Assembly (NCBI RefSeq): GCF_009914755.1
Contig: NC_060941.1
From: the human T2T-CHM13v2.0 reference genome, Homo sapiens
Reading direction: 5' to 3' (one strand)
Length of the DNA stretch: 64,000 nt
Position numbers and translations under genes: made by a program. The notes beneath the pieces were generated by a model. That model saw nothing but the letters and a program-made list of their open reading frames with translations, was not told the origin of the DNA and searched no databases. Below are positions 31,031 to 44,492 of this stretch, one piece after another; the first letter of the stretch is position 1; every line of letters starts with the position of its first letter.

Positions 31031-31168
31031 TAATCCAGCAGTCCAGCTCTGCAGCCTATACTATGACCCTCTGTCTTTAGTGATAGATACACAGGCATAA
31101 AAGGCAGAGGCCTGTTGGTTGGAGCCATTCTTTCCTGAGGGAAGGCATTTGGTTTTCTCCTCGCACAG

Positions 31169-31322
31169 AAAACTCCACTGCACGCGCAACTACATCCACA
31201 TGAACTTGTTTGCTTCTTTCATCCTGAGAACCCTGGCTGTACTGGTGAAGGACGTCGTCTTCTACAACTCTTACTCCAAGAGGCCTGACAATGAGAATGG
31301 GTGGATGTCCTACCTGTCAGAG
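31169..31322 (+). CDS. GLP2R: GLP2R coding exon 6 (ICL1/TM2/ECL1: KLHCTRNYIHMNLFASFILR...SYLSE), 154 nt, phase 2-0
   Basis: tcgcacag|AAAACTC ... TCAGAG|gtaatc. LHCTRNYIH is the class B1 signature. Confidence 0.98.
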
Positions 31323-31611
31323 GTAATCCCCTTCCCCACTGTTTACACTGGACTCCCCACCTGATGGGTCAGTACTGGGAATCAGAAGGCAGGCAGGTGG
31401 GACTAGGGAGGGGCAGCGGGAGATAAGAGGGTTTCCAAGACTTTCTGGCTAGAGAAGTAGTACGTGACTTAACAAAACCACCACCTGCCAAGAGCAGGCC
31501 AGGTGAAAGAAACCAAAACAGAAGGGTTCACCATGGCTGCTGTATGTCCTTGGGTGGGAATTTCTTCATGTGCAAACAAAAGAATTGGACCAGATCAACG
31601 TATTTTACAAT

Positions 31612-31960
31612 TATAGCTGGCCCTCTGTATCCGTGAGTTCTGCATTCATGAATTTAACCAACTGGGGATAGAAGATACCTGGGAATAAAAAGGGTGATTG
31701 CGTCTGACCTGAACATGTACAGACTTTTTTTTCCTTGTCATTATTCCCTAAACAATACAGTATAACAACTATTCACATAGCGTTTACATTGCATTAAGTA
31801 TTACAAGCAATCTAGCGATGATTTAAAGTATATGAAAGGATGTGCATAGGTTATAGGCAAATATTCCACCATTTTATAGAAGGGACTTGAGCATCTGTGG
31901 ATTTTGGTATCCACAGGGGGTCCTAGAAACAATCCCCCAAGGATACTGAGGGACAATTGT
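31612..31960 (-). mobile_element. MER2 (Tigger) element
   Basis: aagggacttgagcatctgtggattttggtatcc...ggatactgagggacaattg matches the MER2 terminus. Confidence 0.82.
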
Positions 31961-31999
31961 ACTATTTTCTTGAAGCAGCAATGCTTTTTCACATTGAAA

Positions 32000-33130
32000 T
32001 CTGCATCTATTGAGATAGTTTTTCCTTTATCCTGCTAATGACGCAGTAACCTATTAAACTAACCTTGCATTCCTGGAATAAATCCAACTAGGTTTTGACA
32101 TATTATTTTCTTTCTCCTAAGTTGCTGTCTTTAGTTCGCTAATACTGTGTTTTGTTGAGTATTTCCTTGTTGCCATTCATGAGAAAGATTGGCTTGTAAT
32201 GCCTTTGTCAGGTTGGGGATCAAATTTGTGCTAGCCTCGTAAAACAAATTAGAGCTGGTTTCCTCTTTCACTATTCTCTGGAAGAATGTATTAAAGATAA
32301 GTATTATTTCTTCCTTAAATGTTTGATAGATTGTGCCAATTAAGCATTTTGGACCCAGAGGTTTCTTTATTGGTAAGTTTTAAACTATGGATTAATTACG
32401 AATCTAATATCCAGATTCTATTTCTTCTGTCAGCTATAGCAAATGAGTTTTTCTAGGAATTCATCTATTTCATCTAACTGTTCGAATTTATTGGCATAAT
32501 ATTGTTCATGATATTCTCTTTGGATCTTTTTCAAGTCCATTGGATCTGTAAGAGTGTTCTCATTTTCATTCCTGATATTGATTATTTGTATCTTTGCTCT
32601 TTTTTCTACCCTTTGATCATGTTGGCAACAAGTTTCTCAACTTTATTGGACTTTTCAAAGAATAAACTTTTGGCATTGTTGATTATCTTTATCTCATGTT
32701 CTCTATTTCATTAACTTCTGCTTTTATTATTTCCTCCCATGTACTTTCTTTGGGCTTAATTTGCTATTCTTTTTCTAACTTTTTTTTACATGATCCTTAA
32801 AATAATTGATATTCAGCATTTTTCTTTTTTAAAAAATGCACTTAAGGCTATACGTTTTATTATATAAGGTTTGGTATTAACCGTATGTTGTAAGTTCATG
32901 CAATATTTTCTTTACATTCAGTTAAGAAATAATTTCTAATTTGTTTCAATTTTTTCTTTGATCCATGGATTGCTTAGAAGTCTATTTTCTAATTTCCAAT
33001 CATATGAACATTTTTTAGTTATTGATTTTAGCTTAATTGAACTGAGGTTAGAGTACTCTTCAGTGTTTCCATTAGGGCAGTTGCTGATGGTGAATTTTCT
33101 ACATTTTTGTTTGTCTAAAAATGTCTAGAA
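32000..33130 (-). mobile_element. Old L1M ORF2 fragment
   Basis: T-rich antisense L1 text (ccttgcattcctggaataaatcc; ttttcaaagaataaactttt). Confidence 0.78.
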
Positions 33131-33256
33131 TGTTAAGGAGGAGGCTGGCCTTGAACACCTACCTGAAGCCCTCCTTCCTTCATATTTTGATATTATTGCC
33201 AACCTCCCTGAGATGGTCAGCAAAGGTCTGGGAGAGAACAGAGTAAAGAGGGAGGG

Positions 33257-33565
33257 GGCCGGGCACGGTGGCTAACACCTGCAATCCCAGCACTTTGGGA
33301 GGCCAGGGCGGGTGGATCACGAGGTCAGGAGATCGAGACCATCCTGGCCAACATGGTGAAACCCTGTGTCTACTAAAAAAAAATATATATATATATATAC
33401 ATACATATACAAAAATTAGCTAGGTGTGGTGGCACTTGCCTGTAATCCTAGCTACTCGGGGGGCTGACGCAGGAGAATCACTTGAACCAGGGAGCTGGAG
33501 GTTGCAGTGTGAGCTGAGATTGCACCTCTGCACTCCATCCTGGCAACAGAGTGAGATTCTGTCTC

Positions 33566-33592
<27 letters not shown>
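33257..33592 (+). mobile_element. AluS with a (TA)n-expanded linker, 95 nt upstream of exon 7
   Basis: Dimer. TSD aaagagggag. Confidence 0.92.
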
Positions 33593-33596
<4 letters not shown>

Positions 33597-33687
33597 GAGA
33601 GGTTGTCTCTGGGAGGCCCTTCTCCCCCGACTCGGGATCAGATGCAGGGGAGCCTGGACTCACCCTCAGGTGTTTTTTCCTCTGCAG

Positions 33688-33847
33688 ATGTCCACCTCCT
33701 GCCGCTCAGTCCAGGTTCTCTTGCATTACTTTGTGGGTGCCAATTACTTATGGCTGCTGGTTGAAGGCCTCTACCTCCACACGCTGCTGGAGCCCACAGT
33801 GCTTCCTGAGAGGCGGCTGTGGCCCAGATACCTGCTGTTGGGTTGGG
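33688..33847 (+). CDS. GLP2R: GLP2R coding exon 7 (TM3/ICL2: MSTSCRSVQVLLHYFVGANYLWLLVEGLYLH...LLGW), 160 nt, phase 0-1
   Basis: tctgcag|ATGTCC ... GGTTGGG|gtgagt. Contains the NYxWLLVEGLYLH motif. Confidence 0.98.
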
Positions 33848-34119
33848 GTGAGTGACCTGACCTTCAGCTTCCTTTCCTGGGGATCCATCAAAATATGGGA
33901 GCCTGATAGAGACTTTAGTTGGACTTAGAAACCTAACTGGAGGTTGCTTCTGGGACATATAAGTCCTCAAAGACAGGGAGCTTTGAAGAGGGGTATGTGT
34001 GTGCACACAAATGCACACATATGCACAGGGGCCATAGGCCCAACAGCCCAATGGACACATTCAAAAATTGAGAAAGTCTTTGGTGGAATCTGATGATATT
34101 CCTCCTACCCTGTCCCCAA

Positions 34120-34480
34120 CTGTATTAGTCTGCTTGGAATGTCAAAACAAAATACCTGTGTAGTTTAAATAACAGACATTGATTTCCTATGGTTCTGGAG
34201 GGTGGGAAGTTCACCATGGTTGGGTTCTGGTGAGGGCTCTTTTCCTGGCTTGCAGTCAGCTGCCTTCTTCCTGTATTCTCACATGGTGAGGAGAGTGAGA
34301 AAGCAAGCTCTCTCGTCTCTTTTTAAAAGGGCACTAATCCTGTCATGAGGACCCCACCCTCATGATCTCAGCTAAACCTAAGTAAGTACTACCAAAGGCT
34401 CTGTCTCCAAATACCATCACTGGGGTAGGGCTTCAACATCTGACTTTTGAGAGGACACCTACATTTAGTCCATAATACCA
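34120..34480. mobile_element. MLT1A-like MaLR LTR
   Basis: tgtattagtctgcttgg...aagggcactaatcc...tagtccata. Confidence 0.75.
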
Positions 34481-34884
34481 GGTCTTCAAGAAGAGTTTTC
34501 TGATTAAAAAAATATGACCAAGAGTATCTAGATTTGGACCCCCTACCTCCACAAACCCTTTGGAGAATTTGGTGCTACAGGATTCAGAGGAAATAACCTG
34601 GGCCAGTAATTCAGGAGATTCGGGTTAATATCCTTGGATTTATTCTCAGCTGCTTTGTGACAAGTATCCAGTCGCTTTCCCCCTCTGGGCCCTGGTTTCT
34701 TGGGTGGTAAAACAATGGATGGGCCATGTGCCACCCTGGGTCTCTCCAGCTCTCACAGTCCACAACTCCATGATGTTAGGTTTGATGTTGTAACCACCTG
34801 TGGTTAGCCTCATCCGCTGTGGTGGGAGGCAAGCAGGTTTGGCCAACCAACTCCTAACTACATTTCCCTGTGTTTTCTCCCCAG

Positions 34885-34945
34885 CCTTCCCTGTGCTATT
34901 TGTTGTACCCTGGGGTTTCGCCCGTGCACACCTGGAGAACACAGG
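34885..34945 (+). CDS. GLP2R: GLP2R coding exon 8 (TM4/ECL2: FPVLFVVPWGFARAHLENT-G), 61 nt, phase 1-2
   Basis: ttctccccag|CCTTCCCT ... ACAGG|gtaggt. Frame is continuous with exons 7 and 9. Confidence 0.96.
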
Positions 34946-35766
34946 GTAGGTAATTCACCAGGTGTTATTCTTTCACGAGCCGGTAATTCCCAGGCATGCC
35001 TAAATACAAAGAATGACATCATTTTACCGTAGAAAATATCTATCCCTTCTCATTTTGGCCATCTAGAATATTCTTAGGAATGGGAGATAAAATAATCAGA
35101 GATCTTATAGCAATTAGTTTATTAATTTAGTTACACATGCAAATTAGCTCAAAGATGCTGTATAGGTTAGCTGCAGCCCTGGGTACGTAAGGACAAAAAT
35201 ACAAGAGTGGTTACTGCAGTATTGTTCATAGTGAGAAAAAAAATTAACAAAACTAAACAAACAAAAAACCACTGAATGCTCATCAATATGGGAATCATTG
35301 AACAAACTGTAATATACCTATATTGCAGAATATTATGAAACTACTTAAAGAAAAGCAAGTTCGTTATTATGGGAACTTTTAGGCACTGATTCTCAACAGC
35401 CTGTTTTAAGCCTATTGCTGAAACGTATATTGTGTGATCCCATTTTTTTCCTCCAAATAGCACACACAAAAAACTACATAATTAGGAATTTATGTTTGTA
35501 TGAACATGGAGGAAAATTTTGGAAAGATATACACACTAGGCTGTTACCACTGAAGAGCAATTTAATGGTAAGGAAAGTAAACTGTACCAGTACTAACAGG
35601 AAGGGATTTGGGTTCTCTCTTCTGCCTCTCCCACCCCTCAGGGGACTGATTGGTGGGAAGTAGGGCTTGAGTGCAAGCATCCTTCTTCCAGAGAGCATGA
35701 GGCTTTGACTTTCAACCTCCTCTTGTTTTTAAGTCTTCTACTGCCTGCTTCTACTGTTGACCTTAG

Positions 35767-35836
35767 GTGCTGGACAACAAATGGGAATAAGAAAATCTGG
35801 TGGATCATCCGAGGACCCATGATGCTCTGTGTAACA
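35767..35836 (+). CDS. GLP2R: GLP2R coding exon 9 (ECL2/TM5: CWTTNGNKKIWWIIRGPMMLCVT), 70 nt, phase 2-0
   Basis: ccttag|GTGCTGG ... GTAACA|gtaagg. Contains the CW and WWIIRxP motifs. Confidence 0.97.
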
Positions 35837-37804
35837 GTAAGGACCATCCCATCCACCTCTTTGTCTCGGAGCCTAGCAGCTGTGGGGAATCCCCCCGCCC
35901 CACCCGACTTCTGTCCCCCAGGTTCTCTGATCCCTTGAGAGAGAGAAGCTGAACTATGAGCATTTTCTGCTGAATGAGAAGTTAGAAGTTTCTTGCTCTG
36001 GTTCAGGACCTCAATTTGGAGTTACATTGTAAGCCTCCTTCTCTCTGGGTCTTCAAACTGTGTAAAGAGACCTGCAGTCAGCTCTGTGCTCCTGTATTGA
36101 AGGGCTGAGATGTGTGCAAGGCCCTGAGGATACCAATGCCTTTAGTCATGGAGGAACCCAGAATAGCAGGGGTATCGGCTTATATCCTAACACCATCCAC
36201 AGGAGGGAGGAAGAGACTAAGGGAACTTCTTTTAGAGGAAGAAAACACACAATTAATATTAACCCAAAATTGTGATGCAGCTTAGAATCAAGACATAGAT
36301 GCTACTCTGAGACCTTAGGGAGGAAGGACCTTTAATCATTGTGGTCCAGAATATTTGGAATGGAAAGGGATGGCCAATCCAGAGTCAAAAATTCCTTTAG
36401 ATAATAGGGTGTGAGAATGAGAACTGTCAAAGAAGCTAGCAGGAAGGGGCAGAAAGTTAGCAAACACTGGGAAGGGTTAGCAAGATCCCAGAGGGAGGCG
36501 GAAAGTATTCCTGCCTAGACACACCACCATAATCTTCGCGTGCCCACCAGGTGCTGAACACTACGTGTTGTTCTCTGCCCACCCTGTTCCCCAAGGGGTT
36601 GCTGGATGATCTGTTTTTGCCATTTTATATAAATAATCTGGCATTTGTGGTACCATCAAAGAAAAAGGCTAGTTTTTATAGGGGAGTTTCAATATTTGTC
36701 AATAATAGAAGGCAACTCTCTGTTTAGACCTGGGTGTGACCTGGAGGGAAAAATGGTCCTAGAAGTGGTGGGAAAACCGAGAGTGTGGACAGGCCTGTGT
36801 CATCTCTGGTCTATGAGGTGGCACGTATGCTGCGGTATCTTCCCTCCTGTCACTGGACCTGCAGCTGATAGTGTGCCAGATGAGGTCTGGGCACACACAC
36901 CCCACACATGGCGTGCTTAGCCCTGCCACATCCTCCTGCCCTCCACAGTCCTCTCTCCAGCCACACTGCCCAGCTGGGGTCCTGTCTGGACAATTCCACC
37001 AACGTCCCAGAAACATTTATTAAGCACTTCTGCATACCAGCTCCATTTGTAAGTGCTTTGTGTATGAGTGTATGAACTCATTTAATCTTCCCAACCAACC
37101 TGTGAAGATATGCCATTCTTAGGTTTATTTTACTGGTGAGCACACTGAGATGAGAAATTACTTGCCTAAAATCATAGAGCCAGTCAATGGAAACTGGATC
37201 TCAGCCCAAAGGGTGTGATGGGATGACAGCTGGCACTTTTAACCGTAGCACTGTGCAGCTCAAAAACTATTTACTGCCTCCAGCCCCCACGCCTGCCATA
37301 CTGAATGCTGCAGGCTCTTTTGCACCTTAGTACCTTGGTTCAGACTCTCCTCTGGCTCCAACTCCTTCCCTCGCCATCTTTTCCACCTGGTGATCTGTTC
37401 CTCATCTTTCAAGTCTTGGGTCAGGCATCATTCTCTCTGTGCTGCTCTACCTGGATGCTCACCTCACGAAGTGAAAATGGCCACACTCTCCTTTGTTCCT
37501 TCCCAGATCCTGTGCAGGCTTCTGCTCCAGCCCTAGCCAACACCATTTCAAGTATCTCTTTAAAACCCATTTTCTGCCACTGTAAGCCCCATGTTCTGAT
37601 CATCCTGGCAGCCAGCCCAAGCATATGGTGGGTTCTTGATAAACATATTCAGTGCACACTCATGGCCTACATTCTGGACCCTGAAAGGTTCTTGCTAACC
37701 AGGTAGAACAAAGTAGAATGGAGGCCAGCAGCCATCCCTAGGATAGCGTTGAGGCATGGTCCAGCTGGATCCCTAGTGTTTACTTGCAGTCTTCTAGGAG
37801 CTAC

Positions 37805-38620
37805 ACCAATGGTTCTCAAACTGGGTTGCTCTTGGAATCCCCTGGGTGTCTTTAAAAATTCTTTTTGCCTGAGTCCCACCCCCAGACATTTATGTTTCAT
37901 TGATCTCAGGAGGGGCCTGAGTTGAAAAGCATGTTGCTACAACCTTGCTTTTCAAAGGATGGTCCTCAGACCGGGTAGCACCAGCATCGCCTGAGCGCTT
38001 GTTATAAATTCAGGTTCTCCAGCCCCATCTCCCAGGCCTACTGAATCCGAGTCTGCATTGGAACAAGCTCCCCAGGTTTTGGATGAACATTAAAGTTTGT
38101 GAACCTCTTTGTCTACTCCTGGAGTTCTCAAAACTGGTTGTATGTTAGAAACATCATGGCGGCTTATACCCCAGACCTATGACATTAGAAATTCTGGGAG
38201 TGGGGCCTAGGCACTGTAGTTTTTTCTGTTTTTTTGTTTGTTTGTTTGTTTGTTTGTTTGTTTTGTTTTTTGTTTTTTGTTTTTTTGAGACGGAGTCTTG
38301 CTTTGTCACCCAGGCTGGAATGCAGCAGTGCAATCTTGACTCACTGCAACCTCTGCTTCCTGGGTTCAAGCGATTCTTGTGCCTCAGCCTCCCTAGTAGT
38401 TGGGACTACAGGCTTCCACCACCACACCCGGCTAATTTTTGTATTTTTAGTAGAGATGGGGTTTCACCATGTTGGTCAGGCTGGTCTCGAACTCCTGACC
38501 TCAAGCAATCTACCCACCTCGGCCTCCCAGACTGCTGGGATTTCAGGCATGAGCCACCGTGTCTGGCCCCACTGTAGTTTTAAAACCCCTGAAATGATCC
38601 TAGTGGCTAGAACTACTGCT
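37805..38620. mobile_element. Cluster of MER5-like hAT MITEs with an antisense Alu (about 38220-38568, (TTTG)n tail)
   Basis: Repeated ggttctcaaact / cccagacc...gaatc motifs. Confidence 0.72.
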
Positions 38621-40015
38621 TTGGGCCTTGCTGCTTTGGCCTTCTATGGCTGGCTGACCCGCATTCTAGTTTCCCTTGGTGCTTCCTAGTTGGGACAAGA
38701 GAACATGCTCTATCTTCTCACTTTGGATAAAATGACCTTTACATGCTGTTGCTTCTGTGACTCCAGTCATGGTCAGCTCTACTGAAATGGCCACTCTCAC
38801 CTTAGCTTGTGGTGGACTCCTCATCTTCCCATTCAGACCTCTCCTTCTCCTACTCACTCTACCCAGAAAATGGCTCCACCACCCACCCACCCAGGCACCC
38901 AAGCTGGAAAGCTTGGTGTTCTCCTAACTTCTGTCCTCTTCCTCCCTGCAACGTCTATTCAGACTTCAAGTCCTGTCAATTCTTCTTCTAAAGATCTCTC
39001 CAAGCCATTTCCTTCTCCTTAATCCCTTGGTCTCTGCTCTTCTTTAGCCCCTTGTGATTTTGTGTGTGTGTGTGTGTGTGTGCAGACCTCTGCAAACACC
39101 TCCTTTTTGGTCTCTCTTCTTCATTCTTGCCCCTGACAATCCATCCTCTTGTTGCAGCCCAAGTGATCTTTTTGGAGTAAAATTTGATTATGTCTCTGTT
39201 CTACTTGACTGTTTAATGGGTCACTATTTCCCTCAGATCTGGTTCTAAACTCCTTAGAGTCATTCCCTCTCTACTCACCTAACCAGAATTGCCCGATGCT
39301 CTACTCGTATGGATACATTTAAAGTTCTCCAATTCCACCATGGTGTTTCCCTCCTCCCATGCACACATAAGCCTCAAGTGCCTGTTGGATGGCCCCAGGT
39401 CTGCCTGATAAATTCTCTTTCTCCTTGGAAACTGAGTCCTTTATTAATCTCTCTATCCCCTACCCTCCACCCCCCTGCAATTAAAATAAGTCAACAGGCA
39501 TGCCTAGAAGGGAATATTTCACAATCACCCTCAGCTCTTAGAGAGGACATTGCTTAACTATTGTTGTCTGTGTCTACAGGCACTTGGACTAGAGGAAACG
39601 GGCTTGAAGAGAAATGGGAGCATTCCCTTTGGTCACAAGGAAGACATTTAACCATGAACTTGTAAAACACTGACATATACCCCAGAGAAAGGCATTAGAT
39701 CTTCATGTCTATCAGTTTACAAGAAGATAATCTGTCCTGAACAATAAGGAGCTAAACCTGCTGCCCTCCCAATCTGCACAGCTCTAGGATTCTAGGACTC
39801 TGTGCATTGGTTCTAGGGCTCCCCAGAGAGTGGAATTTATGTGTCCCACCAGACATGGAAGGGAAAAGAAAGGCCATGCAGAAAGAAGTGAAAGAGGCAG
39901 GCTAGGAGTCAGGAGCCTGGGCTCTATGACTGACTTGTGATGTGTCCTTCAGCCAGGTGAGTTGGCCTCTCTGGGCCTCTGTTTCTTCATCTATGAAATC
40001 AGTCTTGAACTAGAC

Positions 40016-40246
40016 CAGTGGTTTTCAACCAGAGGAGATTCTGACCCCTGGGGACATTTGGCTGTGTCTGGAGACATTTTTAATTGTCATAAATTGGGGA
40101 TGGGGATAGGAGGAGAATGTTGCTACTGGCATCTAGTGGGTGGAGGTCAGGGATGCTGCTCAACACCCTACAACACACAGAACCACCCCCAGAATAAATA
40201 ATTATCCTGCCCCAAATATTAAGAGTGCCAACATTGAAAAACCCTG
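40016..40246 (+). mobile_element. MER20
   Basis: cagtggttttcaacc...tgaaaaaccctg. 8-bp hAT TSD (a/g)actagac. Confidence 0.88.
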
Positions 40247-43200
40247 GACTAGACAGTAGCTGCACATTAAAACAACCTGGGGAGGATTAAAAAAATACCC
40301 AGCCCAGACTTACCCAGACTGATGGAATCAAATCTCCTGCCATGTAGAGCTTCCTTAGCACTGGAATCTCATTCAGCCACTCTCTTGTATCTTCCTTTAG
40401 CATTCATTGAGCACCTTCACTGGGCTTGGCTTGGTGCTAGGTTATTTCAGAGTTTCTATCCTCAGGGAATTCAGAATTTAATAGTTATCATTCTGAGACT
40501 CATCAGACTATGACTGAACCAATATCTGCCTTCATTTTTGGTCATATGACCACATGTTGCAATTTTCCACTGATCTGAATAGACATAACCCCAACTCTAA
40601 AAGAGAATTCCTTAAACCACAACGTGGAAGGAACCTGGATTCCTGAATGACTGTATGGAGCAGAACTCCCTCCACTGCACTAGACTGTGACATAACCAAT
40701 AAAATAAAATAAGATAAAATAAATCTTTATTGTGTTAAGAAAAAAATAATAATTCTTTGGCCCCCACATATGTTCTACTTAAACTGAAGTAAGAAAGAGT
40801 AACAATAATCAAGACTGAGCTAGTAGCACTTGGCATTTCTAGGTACTTAACAATTTTCTTTCAACTTGGTCAAATTTGAGCCTGGGCCCAATTTTGGGGA
40901 ACATGGATCAGAGGCTTCTGAGGAAAAGCCAACTGTGCATGGTGAACCAAGCACTGGGACCAAGGAGAGTGTCCCATCCCAGGTTCCGGCTCCCTGGTGA
41001 ATATCCCTAGTTATCACAGTTGGATCTCTCCCACCATCCCCTAGACTGGGTCTGCATTTGCTGACCAGCATCTGGGTTGATGCGAGTGTACAACATGCTG
41101 GAAATCCAGATGCGTCAGCAAACTTCATTTACTGCTTTGTTGGTACAAGGTTGCCTGTGTTTCAGAAATGACCATAATGTGGCAACCTGAAGAATCCAGA
41201 TGCCCTTTGGGTCTCTTGCCAGGCAGAAATTGTAGAATTCCCACCTCTTTCTTTGTATAAGACTTCACTACTTCACCTGTCATCTGAAATGTACATTTAG
41301 AGTTGAATCATCTCGGAAACTGGCATATTCTTACAGCCTAGTCTCCCCAGCCCTCAGTAGAATATTGGTAAAGTCTTGATTAGTCCTGCTCAAGGACAGC
41401 CTTAGACAATAATTACATCATGCAAGGTCATTCTATCCATACCCTGCACCCTGCAGTTAACAGACCCGGTGAAATGGCTGTTTTGAGCTAACAAATTGAA
41501 TGAACCATCTGTTGACTTTATGAAATCATAAAGTCAAAAGCCTGCATTTGCTATTGTTGAATCTTCCGTGATAGCCTCAGAACTTGGCAAAGTTGATGCA
41601 CTGGTAAAATTTGTCTTCACTGGCCTTGTCCCTCTTTAGGTCCTCTGCCCCACCAGGAACCCAGGGGCTTTCTGTGGCTTCAGGCTTCCCAAGACATTTC
41701 CTCACTCCTGTGCTCTCCTCTTCTAAAGACTTAAAGTGTGACTCTCCCTGTACTCTGGGTTTTCCCACCCCATCAAAACTTAGCTTTGCTACACCCCATC
41801 TTCTGCTTTAAATGGTGATAATAAGCCAGAGCCTAGGTAACTTACTGAAGTCTTCATTGTTGCAAAAATGAATGAATGAATGAAAGGAGAAAGGGCTTCC
41901 TTCCTCCTCTCCCAGTGATTCCTTAGCTTCAGTGGGTTGTGTGCCTTTCAGCAGGGCTCTTGGGGAAAGAGTGTTTTGACTCACAAGAGTAGCTCTACAG
42001 GATTAGCATTTTAGTCCACACAGCAGGCCAGAGGAGGAGGGGTTTGGCGGTAGATGGAAGAGTTTAGGGGTAGATGAGGCCTACCCCTGAGCTCCCGCTA
42101 TACCGGCAATCACCTCTGCCAACTTGTAGGCCCAGATCTGTGCACAGAAGCTGGGGTAACAAGAAAGTGTCACCAAGAATGTCACATCTGAGAATGCATC
42201 TGGGATAGATCCTTATATATTTGGGGTCCTTAGCACCCACCCCCATCTGGTCACAAAATCCTGGAGGAGTTGGCTGGGTTCTTGGAAAATGTCCTCACTC
42301 AGCCCCTTTCCTGCTTGTGTGAAAATGAAGAACAGCACCATCCAAAAGTACCTGCTGACTCTTGTCTTCTTGGAAGCCCAGATGAGCAGAGGCTTCATGG
42401 TACCCCCAGCTAGGGTTTCATCCTGTGGCAGTGAGGAAGTGCCTCCTTCGTACGTTCTATGGGTTGATGCCCATTTTCTCATGTCTGGTCTCTGGAAGAC
42501 ACAGAGAACAGTGAATCAACATGCTTCCCATTATAACCTTTCATTGCCTAGGAGACAGTCCTGATTGAAATTAATTTGCTGAAATAAATGCCTTTCTGCT
42601 GTTAAGCTTGCTTTGTAAGAAAAATGCCTATGTTCAATAAATCACTAAGCCAAGGACACAACGTTTTCTCTTTATGATGAGAGGCAGATATCCCATTAAA
42701 AGAAATACATTACTTGATTACATTTACCTTGTATTTAAACTTTCTGTTCCTAAATATTCTTTGGCTAGGAACCTCCATCATTCCTGCTGGCTTCAGGCCC
42801 TCACATCCAGTCAATAACAAAGATCATTTGACTCATACTTCTTCATCATTTCAAATTGATCCCTTCCTCTCCATCATGGAAGCACCAGAACTGCTGCTGA
42901 TTTCTTTTCTCCATCACCGTCCCCCAGGAACTCTGAAACTACTTCCCAACTGATCTCCCCTCCTCCAGCCTTACCCTCACCCAATCCATTCTCCACACTG
43001 CTGCTGAAATTATCTTTCTGAAATGCAGAAGTACAAATCTGATCAGGTCACTTGCGTGCTTAAAATCTATCACTGGCTCTTCATTGCTTTCAGAAGAAAA
43101 CCCAAACTCCTTACCTACCACGGCTGTGAAAGACCCTGCAGAAACGGACCCCCCTCTCCTGCCCAGTCTCACTTCTCACAAACCCTGTTCTCATTCTCCA

Positions 43201-43249
43201 AGCTCTACCCAAACCCAGCCACCTGCTTTTCACCACTTCCAGGGGGCTC

Positions 43250-43690
43250 TTGATCTCTCCCGAGGCTGCAGCCAAGACGGCAGCCAGGGCCGCAGCCATC
43301 TGAAGGCTTGGCTGGGGCTGGAGGATCAGCTCCCAAGGTGGCGCACACACGTAGCTGGTGGTGGGTGGTGCTGGTTTTGGGCCTGAGAACTCAGTTACCC
43401 CACGTGGATCTCCCAACAGGCTGCTTGAGTGTCTTCACAAAATGGTGGCTGACTTCCCCTGGAGTGAGAAACCTAAGAGAGAGAGAGAGAGAAAGAGAGA
43501 GCTGGGTGGAAGCCAGCCATCCTTTTGAGGACCTAGCCCAGAAGTCACATAGCACCACTTCTATGACACCATATTCTTTTCGTTAAGTGCAAGTAACTAA
43601 ATCTAGCTCACCTCACAAGGGGAATAAGGGGGATTAGCCTCCACTTTTGAAGGCAGAAGGGCCAAGGAATTTGCAGGCATATTTTTAAAT
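43250..43690. mobile_element. MLT1-type LTR fragment
   Basis: catctgaaggcttggctggggctggaggatc...ttttgaggacctagcccagaagtcacatagc. Confidence 0.7.
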
Positions 43691-44254
43691 TTCTTTAAAG
43701 GCTGACAATGGAGGGCTGGATTTTCCCAGTCCATGACAGTCGTGGAATGTATTCTAGGGAGTAGAGAGCATATTCTGTCTATGAATTCCATAGCAGCAAC
43801 AGGATCTCAAGTTAGACACCAATAGGGATGGAGTTCTTTACAGAAGAGAGGCAGAATAGCGTTCTGTTTAAGTGAAGGGAGGGTTATAATCCCATGAATC
43901 TGGGTTTAATTACAGGCTTAATCACTGACTAGCCATGCAACCTGGGAATTACACTTACTTCTCTGTGCCTGTTTTCTCATTGTTTTATGAGGATAAAAAT
44001 AGTTGTGGCTACCTTAAGGGGATGTTGTAAAAACTAGATACAAGAATGCCTGGACCATTCTTAGCCCAAAGCCTGACATGGTGCTAAGTACTAAGTGATA
44101 AGTACTCAATACGTGGTAGTTAATAATAATAACAATAATAGTAATAATAATAATGTGAACGTCCACCTGCCTTTCTAGATGGCCTTAATGATGGGCCTCC
44201 TTAAGGCAGAATAATAAACTAAATCACTTTCTGAAATTCCTTCCAGACTTTCAG

Positions 44255-44335
44255 TTCAGATGACCTTTGGGACTTTGGAGATTCAGATGGCCTTTGGGAC
44301 AGTGGAGATTCAGATGGCCTTTAGGACAGTGGAGA
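44255..44335 (+). repeat. 27-bp minisatellite x3
   Basis: ttcagatg(a/g)ccttt(g/a)ggac(tt/ag)tggaga, three copies. Confidence 0.93.
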
Positions 44336-44492
44336 TCACAGCTAAGCATTTACTACCTGGCCAGCTAACTGCTGAATTGCCCCTGGTTTACATTGAACTG
44401 ATGGAACTGATGGCCGAGCCCAGCCTGACCTTGAAGTTCACAGCTATGTGGAATTCGTCACTTACTTACCCAATTCTGCTCTTTTTTTCAAG

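Noticed and set aside
33424-33855. Alu-initiated ORF in frame with exon 7
   Set aside because: It starts at a non-ATG codon in an Alu and runs through the poly(A) tail, so it is a chance frame continuity.
40840-40880. Possible degenerate copy of the exon 10 acceptor (caattttctttcaacttggtcaaattt)
   Set aside because: Too short and AT-rich, and no similarity continues into the exon.
44255-44335. CRISPR-like array
   Set aside because: Head-to-tail units without spacers, in human intronic DNA.
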